A DNA stretch of 64,000 bases from the human T2T-CHM13v2.0 reference genome, Homo sapiens, in the NCBI RefSeq assembly GCF_009914755.1, contig NC_060928.1, one strand, 5' to 3'. Positions within the stretch are counted from its first letter, which is position 1; every line of letters starts with the position of its first letter. Under the pieces are notes generated by a model. It had not been told where the DNA came from, searched no databases, and saw only the letters and a list, made by a program, of their open reading frames with translations. The position numbers and the translations under genes were made by a program. Below are positions 54,326 through 64,000 of this stretch, piece by piece.

Positions 54326-55216
54326 AGCTTCTGAACATGTGAGCTCCTGACACAGCCCAGCTCAAAACAGGAGCCAGGGTCTCCCCAGGGTTTTTAGAGG
54401 CAAGCACTGTTTCATTTATTCCTAGTGTTTGCTTTATTGCTGCCAACCTAGTCTTCACAGTTCCTGGGGTTTGGGTCATCAAAGCCATTTTAAAAGTCTC
54501 TATTTTCCTCCAGCGTCTCCCTCCTGGTGGAGAGATGCCTGCCACCTGCTCGGGTAGCCTGTGTGTTTTTGGGTCACACTGCAGGTTTCCAGTGCCTTGG
54601 TTGCTTTGCTCTTTTACAAACCAACCACCAAGAGCCCTTTCACTTCCCCACCGCCCCCACCCACCAGCTACAGTCCATCTTACCTTTACTACTGAGACAA
54701 AATTGGTCCTCTTAAAATCATCAGGGGCCTGTTCTCTGTCTTCCTCTGTTTGCCTCTGTGGAGGGCTGGACACTGCGGAGCAATCCTTCTTTCCTTTCCT
54801 GGAACTGTTTTCGGCAGTAGCTTCTCTTTTTACTGCTACTTTGTTGCCTCCTCTTTTTCCAGGATCTGGCCGTCTCCCCCACCCTAAAATCCCCTCCCTG
54901 CATGCCCTATCCCACTCCTACCTCCCCAGGCCAGACTTCAGGGCAAGCTAAAGTCCCATCATCCTCACAAAGACTTCCAGAACTCTCGAGGTTCCAGAGA
55001 GCACTCTCCTCTGAATTTCAAAAGACTGGCCTGGCATATTGCTCATTATGACCTTGGAAAGACAGAGGCTACCTGTGTTTTCTGTGCATGATGCTTCTCT
55101 ATTCCTCGAGGTTTGCAAGCTCCTCGAGGGCAGGCACAGAACTTTCTGTATGAGAAGGGCTCTGTCAACATTGTTGATATATTACGAGTCGCTCCCATTT
55201 ACTGAGTGAGGCTGGG

Positions 55217-55335
55217 ATGTGTATGTATCTATGTGTCTATCTGTCTGTGTATATATCTATGTATCTATGTATATATCTATCTGTCATCTATTTATCTAGT
55301 TACAATTATCTATCAATCATCCATCTATCTTATCT
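55217..55335 (+). repeat. Degenerate (TCTA/TGTA)n low-complexity repeat
   Basis: atgtgtatgtatctatgtgtctatctgtctg...tatctatcaatcatccatctatc. Confidence 0.8.
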
Positions 55336-55639
55336 GGTCATCACAACATTCCATGAAGTAGCTATTACTACGTTAATTGTATACTTGAAGAAACTGAAGG
55401 TCAGAGAGAAAAAAAAGAACCTGACCAAGACCAAACAGCTAGAAAGAAAGAGGGCCCAGGATCATAATTTTAGCATGCTTCCAAGCCCTATGCACTAAAT
55501 AAGTAGCCTCTAAACTTTCTGTATCGGGCATCCCTTTCAGAAAATATATGTCTTTGTTTGCCATTTCTAACTTATATGTATTTACCATATTATTAATATA
55601 TTACGTGCATTATAAAACATAAACTACAAAAAATAGAAA

Positions 55640-56910
55640 TTAAAGGATAATACCCTAAATATAGATTGTGGTCTCTCACTAAAAGAAACTAGGTCTTGGG
55701 AGAAGTGTCTAATTTTTAGTCTGGGAAGTGCACCTGGAACATTTTGTCATACAGAAAGCCAGGAATCTATCAATTATTATTGGGTCCTGTCAAAAGGATG
55801 TGGGAACCAACCTGAAGAGGTTTCCATTGGCTAAACATGGGACATTTTGAGCAAACTGCGATTGATTAAACCACATTTTAGGGGTGTGTGTGTGTGTGTG
55901 TGTGTGTGTATTTTTTTCAAATTTATATGCTTATTATGATACTAAAAAGATACCTTGGTGATCACTTTTAGAGAATACTAGATGACCAACTAATTACTTT
56001 GAAAACTGGTAAAGAAAAAGAAGCATTTGTTCTGCCCTTCCTGTAAGAATTGTGTCCCTGGATTAGCAAATAGACGATGAGAAGATTCTCTTAAAGAAGT
56101 ATTCCAACTAATAAGTGAAGACACATAGATAGAATGAGGATACCATAGGACACCACACTCTGTAAGTGCTAGTGAACAAGGTATTTGATAATGATTGCTA
56201 TCACAAAAAAAGAGACAAGCAGACATTACGTTCCCCCAACAGATGTCCATAACACCAATTGCAAAATGTTCTTGTCAGAAAGATTTAATATGAACCTGAT
56301 GGAGCCTCTTGATTTCCCATTTACAGAAAGTACAGGGGATGGAGGCACATGATAAATGATACCATGGGAACATAATCAGCAGAATCTAGCCTGTAGATTA
56401 ACCAAGAAAAGCAACCCAAGTTTTTCAACCAAAAAAAAAATTTGCAAAAATAGAGAATGAGAGATTGAGAGAGGGAGCAATAGATTAAAAGAGACCTGAG
56501 GGACATATTTATGTATCACAATGTGTGGACTTTGTTTGGATCCCAACTCAAACTGTAAAAAAAATTTTTAGGAAAATCAAGGAAATATGAGCACTGATTG
56601 GATATTCAGTTATATTGTGGGCTAATTATTGATGTTTTTGGACTATAATGATGTTGTGGTTCAAGTTTTAGAAAGAGAGGGCATGTTTTTTAGGCCCATA
56701 TATTGAAATATTTACAGATGTAATGAGTTAGTGTTTGCTGTCTTAGATAACAAAATAAAGGAGCAGGGGGGACAAGTAGGTGGGTAAATAGGGGAAATAA
56801 GACTGGCCTTGGAGTTGGTAATTTTTGAAGTTGAATGGTGGGAACATGGGTATATGGGAGGTTCATTATATGATTCTACTTTTATATATATTTAAACTTT
56901 TAACAAAAAA
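55640..56910 (+). mobile_element. Old L1 3' UTR (L1MC4/5-like)
   Basis: cctggaacattttgtcatacagaaagc...caatgtgtggactttgtttggatcc...tattgaaatatttacagatg...gggtatatgggaggttcattata. Confidence 0.7.
55884..55909 (+). repeat. (GT)13 microsatellite
   Basis: Perfect GT run. Confidence 0.95.
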
Positions 56911-56954
56911 ATGGTTTTGTAATGATGATATTACAGTAAATATAAAGAGTTTTA

Positions 56955-57062
56955 ATCTTTCGTTTCTTCCTCCTTCCCTTCCTCCTTCTTCCTTTCCTTT
57001 CTTCCTCACCCTTTCCTTCCCCTCCCCTCCCCTTCCAATTCCTTCTTTCCTCTTCTTTCTTC
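56955..57062 (+). repeat. Polypyrimidine (CT-rich) low-complexity tract
   Basis: Nearly pure C/T for ~105 bp. Confidence 0.85.
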
Positions 57063-57665
57063 CCGTGGGTTGTTCGGAGGTGGTGCCCTTGAGGATGCCC
57101 CACTGGGGACCTTTGCTCTCGTCCCCTATGCAGCATCACCTCTCAACCTGGGGCCCGGGGAGGCTTGACCATGAGAAGTGTCTCTTCCATCCAGGAACCA
57201 AGGTCTGCACTGCATCTCCAAGCCTGCAGAGAAATGATGTGTGACAGCCCGCCTTGACAAATCAGCACTGCTTACAGCCCTGCCACCAGAATGCCTTCAC
57301 TCTGTCCAACTTGAATTCCCTTTAAAGCAGTGGAAGGAATCTGCTTTCCAAGATCCCTTCAGAAGGAAAGATTTGCATTGTTTAAAGGAGAATAAAAATC
57401 AGATGTCTAAGAAAAAGGAAAAAGACAAAGTCTCCTTTCAAGAAGTAACAACTCTGCCAGCTTACTCAGGTCATGAAATAATGCTGTTGGCAATGACTTT
57501 GGGGTGTTCTGTCACAGTCTCAGTACACTTTCTCCCCCCTGGGCAGTATTTTATAGTTACTGCTTCTACGCCCCATTGGCTCAGACATAATTTATTATTT
57601 GTTTACATGTTTCACTTACTCTGCTAAGGTGGAAGTCCGGTGATGCATTATTACTGACAGCATCA

Positions 57666-57705
57666 GTGTGTGTGTGTGTGTGTCTGTGTGTGTCTATGTG
57701 TGTGT
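57666..57705 (+). repeat. Interrupted (TG)n microsatellite
   Basis: gtgtgtgtgtgtgtgtgtctgtgtgtgtctatgtgtgtgt. Confidence 0.9.
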
Positions 57706-58949
57706 CATTGAAAGACTCAAGGAGATCTGACGGGTTCTGAACCTGCAAGTTTTCAGAGCACAAGTGGCCTCCCCAGGTCTACAAGAGCCTCCCTGGGCTC
57801 TTGGCTCAGATCAAATGTGTCCTATGTCCCTGTAGTTAGTTCCTTCTACTTCTCTGAGGACCAAGACAATTCCAGGAAGACACAGGCTCCCCGGGACTGT
57901 GACTTTCTATTCTCTCCTTTGACTTGTCTTCCTGTGTAGTGATCAAAGTCCTCCCATTTCTGGGGGGAACGTCACAGTTTACACAGCACTTTCTTCACGA
58001 CAATAGCATGAAGAAAATAATACCTGCCCTTTATCTCCACATGAGACACAGACAGGTCAAGGACGTGTGCAAGTTCAAAGAGCAAGAGTGGAATCCAGCC
58101 CGAACCAGCACCCCATGATGGAAGGGGAATGACCGTGGCTGGCCCAGTCACTTACAGCTCTTTGACCAGGGGCAGCTCACGAAAAGCTCAGGTTCTTCAC
58201 CTGCTAAAAGATGGCAGTGATAGTGCTTACTGCACAGGGCTGTTTTAGAAATAAAATAGATTTCTAAAAGTGCTCAGCAAAATGACTAGCATGTAATAAA
58301 CGTGCAATAAATGCTACCAACATTAATGGTCTTTTCAAAGCATTGTGTTTACAAAAGCTTTAGGGCTTATAATAAGAACGGTAGTAGGTGACTCTTTTGT
58401 AACATAATAATAATAATGATAATAATAAAATAATAGGTGGCTTACAGGCACCATTTGAATTCCCCTATGTGCATTAACCCTTTCATGTGTCATTAAGTCC
58501 TTTATGCATTTTTGTCACAACAAACCTATGTGGTAGGTAGCATTAGTACTCCTATATTAGGGATGAAGGACACAGAGGGTAGTTAGGTTTAAGTAACCTG
58601 GCCTTTTACAAAGAATTAGCCCGCATCTGAAGTGTTTCTCTGCTCTTTACTGTCCTCATTCAGGGAGCATGGGACCGTGACCCCCCCATGCATCAGCACC
58701 TGCTGAGAACTCAACAACCTCCGTAGCTTCCGCTCCCTGGCTTCCCCCTCTAGCAGTAAAGTTCATGATTTTATGTATCAGGTGCTCTTAGGGAGAGGAA
58801 ACCACGGCCCAGAGGGATTAGCGACTTGCCCAAATCCACGTGGGGAGCTGGATTTAGAGCCGGCCTGAGGATCAAGTCTGTGTTCTCACTCTCCCTTCCG
58901 TGTCCCCGGGATGCTGTAAGAATGCACAGGGCCTTGGGACCTCGGTCCT

Positions 58950-59500
58950 CCCTGCTGCCTGCAGCCCCAGGGCTTTAGCAGGCTTGGACTCCCGCGCGGA
59001 GCCGCTGCAGCCGTCGGGGCCAGAGGGACAGGAACGTTCAATAGGGGGCGCCTGAGAGCCCAGGTGGGCGCTGAGCTCCTGGCTTCCCTCCCTCCGGGCC
59101 CAGCCGACAGGGAGGGGTTAGGAATTTAATCCTCCGCATTCCAGCCAGGGTTCCTGTGACATAATGAGGCCCAAGGAGGGATCTCGAGTGACTTGTCAGC
59201 AGAACCCCCAAAGGGATTTTCTATAGATAGCCAGGGCGTGTCTCGGGCTCGGTTCTCTGCGGCAGGAAAGTTCTTTAATGCCTGGGCTGGGCAACGCCGT
59301 GCGCAGCAGGTGGGTCGGGTGAGGCCCGCCAGGCGCTGGGCCCAGAGGACTCCGCGACGCTAGGAAATGTGTGGCAGCCGGGGAGCGGACACAAGGAGCC
59401 CGGGCCAGGAGAGGGAATTCCAACTATGGCGTTTTGGAGAAAACTATTTAGTTATTTGCCCTCGCTGACCCCACCCCACGTTGGGACTGCGGCTGCAAGG
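58950..59500. promoter_or_regulatory. CpG-island-like segment, candidate promoter, enhancer or insulator
   Basis: About 33 CpGs by hand count in 58981-59500, GC-rich, non-repetitive, far above the window background; CTCF-like TCAATAGGGGGCGC at 59038-59051. Confidence 0.55.
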
Positions 59501-60139
59501 AGAGGTCCCAAATACTGAGCCTGACACAGCCTTTGATGCTGGCTCTGGAAAGATTCTGTGGCATGAACCTGGCTCTCTTTGGAGAGACAGACGTGTTTGG
59601 AATGTTGGTGTCTGGAGTGCTGTGATTGGAGGCTTGAGGTTTCAGAGTTCCTTAATTTGCATGGCCATGCACCAAGGTTATTATTTTCCACAACAGAGGA
59701 TTGAAATTTGAAACTCTGTTTACCTTCCAGATTCCAAACAAGCAACATTCCTATCAATAATGTCACGTAAATAACAGCATGATAGCCGAGAATCCTGTCA
59801 TTAGTAATGTATATATATATATATATATTTTTCATTCTGTTTGCTGGTGGAAAGGGATTCTCAGAAGCTATGCATATATTTTACATAAAATAATAGCTAA
59901 GCTGCCAAGGGCTTTAACGATATAATTTCATCATGGGATTCTGGGCTCTTTGGTTTATGCTGCCATCAGAACCCCAAGACAGAATTAATTCATGTAACTG
60001 GGACAAGCCCAAATGCTGTTTTCCCGTTCCCCTTATAAGTGAACTCAACTATTTTAATTGGCCAAACATTTGGTGGGTAGGGTATAGGGTGGAGAAAAGC
60101 CTGTCTACTATATTTATTAGCGTCTGAATAAATTCATTA

Positions 60140-60430
60140 GAGGCAGCATATTGTTGTTGTTAAAAACATGAAGTTTGCTTCAAATAGCCTGGGTCTGAAT
60201 CCTCACTTGGTCTTAAAGCTATGAAAACTTGGGCAAGTTATTATCCTGGAGCCTCCATTTCCTCATCTGTAAAATGTGGCTGCTGATCCCTAGCTCTCAG
60301 CATGGTTGAGCCATGATTAAATGGCTCATGATTAAATGCCACTGGAACTGATGGAATGTATGAGTTTAATACCCGTCAAGGGTCCTTCGCACAGTACCTG
60401 GAGCCTACAATAACTGTCAATAGATGGCTG
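60140..60430 (+). mobile_element. MIR
   Basis: gaggcagcata...gcctgggtctgaatcc...cttgggcaagtta...gagcctccatttcctcatctgtaaaatg...gcacagtacctgg. Confidence 0.78.
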
Positions 60431-62165
60431 CTTTATGATTAGCTCAATGGCAAAAGTAAAACATCCTTGAAACTGTTCCCTGACACCATGAAGGCCCAAG
60501 AATCTTAGCCACTTCCCTCCAGAAGCTCCTCTTTTTAGCTCCTAAATTCCCCAGATGCTCCACATTTGTAAATTGTATTATTCCCATCCAGAGAGCAGGG
60601 TGGCAGCCCCCACCCTGTCTGGAATCTCAGAAACACCTCTGAGATTCTGACCTACTGCAGCTGCCTGTTACAAATAATTCGGGAAACATGCAACAGAACA
60701 TATTGCAGCTCCACAGAAAGGTCTGAAGAGTGGACCTTGTGTGTCTGTCACGGATCTGCTTTCTCCTGCAGAAGAACCAAGGCAGGGCTCTGCCTGGAAG
60801 AGCACCCCCTGGGCTCCTCAGTGAGAAGCTCATGTGCCCCCCAACATCTGTTACAGTGCTACCTTGTCATGGTGGATAGGAGGGCTTCTCTCTAGATGTA
60901 CACACAATTCTTGCCTGTGAGTAGACCTTAGCTTTGTAATACTGGATAAGATTATGGCTTCAAGTCTTGCCTCCACTCTGTACTAGCTGTGTGACCTTGG
61001 GTGAGGAACTTTAGCATTTTTGAAACTGTTTATTCTTAAATCTGCAAGACGAAAAGAATGGTAAGTCTCTCACTGGATGGCTGGGTAGAATAAATGGATT
61101 GTCACAGGTAAAATGACCAGTACAGCTTCTGGCACAGAGCAGAGGGAGATAAGGCTGAATGCCCTTTCAGAAAGACGAATTATTGCAGCCCATAGCCAGG
61201 TAAGCAAGACATTCACCCTCACAAGCAGCCCAATTACTGATACCACTCCCTTTCCCGAGGCTTTCTCCAAGTACGCTAAACTAAGTGACCTGAGAAAAGC
61301 CCTTTTAGGGGTCCTGTTGCTGTTAACAAACAAAGGAAGAGGAAATTTTATTTAAAACATGTTTTTTTCTGGTTGAAATATGGTCACCCTATTTTCCAGC
61401 TGGGACCTCCAGCACCGAAAGTCCCAGTTGATTGAGAGTAGCATTAGAGTTTTTAAATATTCCTTGTCAAGCAATGGCAATGGGCAATCACTAGAGAAGG
61501 GCAGGGCTGTGCCCCACAGGCTGCTGGCAGGGTCCCATGGAGGCTGCGTGTTGAGATTTTCCTTCCTAACCCAGTGACTGTAGCTTTGTAATAGCCAAGA
61601 ATTGGGGTTGGATTTATACAATCTCAAGCCTTTTCTCCTTATTTTATGCAGCTTTTTGCTATGTACCTTTGCTCTCTCTGAAAATATTTTCTTCTCACCT
61701 ATGTGAGTAAACTGGTCACAGTCATTTTTAGGAACTGTGAATGTAGTTGAATTTATTTGCAGGTCAACTCTGCAGCTGCCAAATGCCTAAAACAGATCAT
61801 TGGAGAGAAAGAATTCTAGCTACAGAGGAAAATAAATGTAGACTTTCTTGGTTTTGCCTCTAAAGTGGATACTGTGCCTGTTAAGTCCTGTGTATTTCCC
61901 CCACAGCACCTAGAACTGTTCTCCCCAGTCACTGGCATTTCATACATAGCACTGTCTAACTTAAGGTTCAGGAAGGGACTAGAGGCATATGGAGTGGGGA
62001 GAGGGCTGCAGAAAATAGATTTTCCTCTTTTTAGTAACCTGTTGTTTGCAATTGACACCATTATACACCCCAGAGAGCTAAGTATATAGTTTATAGTAAA
62101 TCATTCAAAGAAAGTGTCAATCAATATACAAGGTGCTGCATAATATAGCCACCAGACACTCACTG

Positions 62166-62369
<204 letters not shown>

Positions 62370-62604
62370 TTACCCTAGCACCACGTTACATATGTATAGG
62401 CTCAAAAAAAATGTTATTAGACATTGACAATAATGTTGAAAAGAACACTGAGCTGGGATTGCTCCCATATTTGTAATGAACCAACATGTCTCTTTGATTA
62501 GTCTCTTGGCTTTTCTGGATCTCAGTTATATTTATAAAATAATATTGCCTCAAACTTTTTAACTATCAAAAAACTTCTTGGACACCCTCCCTCAATCTCA
62601 CCAC

Positions 62605-62830
62605 CTCATTCATTTGCTTAACAAATATTTACTGAGCACTTACTATGTATGAGTCATGTGTCTAAAGGTTGGGTATATAATTTATGAGAAAAACAGAAGC
62701 AGTTCTTGCCCTCATGAAGGTTATAGTCTAGTGGGAGAGACAAACATGAAACAAACAGTCATGCACATAGAAATACAATCATAAATTGCGTTAAGTACTC
62801 TGAAGGGAAGCAGGGATCTATGGAAGCCTG
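62605..62830 (-). mobile_element. L2 3' end
   Basis: tcattcatttgcttaacaaatatttactgagcacttactatgt...ttcttgccctcatgaaggttatagtctagtgggagagaca. Confidence 0.82.
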
Positions 62831-62872
62831 ATTAGGAGCTGAGGGAGCAGAGAAAAGACTTAGGGCTCTTTT

Positions 62873-63048
62873 ATGTTTGTTTGTTTGATTTTCTTTCTTT
62901 CTTTTTCTTTTTTAAATGATAGGGTCTCACTCTGTCACCCAGACTGGAGTGCAGTGGCACGAATGTAACTCATTGCAGCCTTGAAATCCTGGGCTGAAGT
63001 GATTCTTCTGCCTCAGCCTCCCAAGTAGGTGGGACTGCAGGCATACAT
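62873..63048 (-). mobile_element. Alu monomer (AluJ right arm or free monomer)
   Basis: T-rich tail, agggtctcactctgtcacccagactggagtgcagtggc...gcagccttgaaatcctgggctgaagtgattcttctgcctcagcctcccaagtag. Confidence 0.88.
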
Positions 63049-64000
63049 ATGGCTGTATTTTTAATGTTCTTTTAGAAACCACATAAAGTGTTACTGTCAA
63101 TTGAGTAATGCTTTAACATTATTTGTATATTAGTAATCATAACAGCATCTATATATACATGTGGAAAATGATAGTTTGTATATGCATGAGTTCATTATTC
63201 AGTCTAGAATTGTAGATGCTTTGCACATATGGGCACCCAGTATCCTGCAAACTCTATAGCCTCCTGGAGGACTGGTGACCCTTAACCAGAATATTCCTCA
63301 TTTTCCACTGGCTCTCGTGGCAACTTGCAGGGCTTCTCAAGGGAGATCTTAAAGAAAACTGATTCCCTGCTCAGGACTCACATCAACACCAAGTGAAGGC
63401 TGGGACAGCCTTTTCCACCACAGTCGCCAACATACCCAACCACTTATGACCGCAGATAAGTGGTCTGACCAGTTCAGTCTATCTCCCCACCAGTGGGCAA
63501 AGTTTGCTTACCTCCAGGCTGATTTGATCTAAATCAAGCCCAACATTCAAAACTACATCAAGCTCTGTCAATAGTTGGGAAGAGGAGGCAGCAAGGGCCT
63601 CTTTGCCTCTGTACCCTGTACCTCTGAACTTAAACATTGTCAGTCTGTATTTTATCTCTCAGTGCTCACCTAGGTGATTGCATGTTACATCCCAGAGGAA
63701 AATATGTGTTTCTTCCCTAATGGCCTCCTAGCTATGTAAATGGCTGTACGTATTTGATTTATGTTTCCAGATTATAGTATTTGAGGCTTTCTGTCAAGCC
63801 CCTCCTTGGAAGTAGAAGTTTGCAATATTCTAATCCTTCGTGCATAACCAGGGATCCATGAATTCCGATAAGAAGCTGGGTCCACAATGAGAACCATCAC
63901 CTTTAATAGGCAAAACATCTAAGGGCAGATGAGAAACTCAAAGTCGGCTTTCCTCTGCCAGTTCCTTCCAGGAGGAGGAAGGAAAAAGGAGGTTGAGTCT

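Overview
Primate (human-like) non-coding genomic DNA, either intergenic or deep intronic. I find no supportable protein-coding exon, RNA gene, CRISPR array or prokaryotic-type system. All listed ORFs are short and are either chance ORFs or read through Alu, L1, L2 or LTR sequence. The window is a dense mosaic of interspersed repeats recognised by eye from recalled consensus motifs. These include 12 Alu copies or fragments (several with target-site duplications, TSDs), solo LTRs (MER50, LTR8, MST, MER34, MLT2A, several MLT1), hAT MITEs (MER1A/B, MER3, MER5A, MER20, MER103C), old L1 3' fragments, long L2 remnants, many MIRs and microsatellites. Subfamily names and the boundaries of old repeats are approximate. 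The most notable non-repeat signals are a ~53-bp near-perfect palindrome (extending loosely to ~125 bp) at 23417-23540 inside a repeat-poor block, and an orphan CpG-island-like segment with a CTCF-like motif at ~58.95-59.5 kb. I cannot support a claim of a new biological system; the findings are leads of modest interest.
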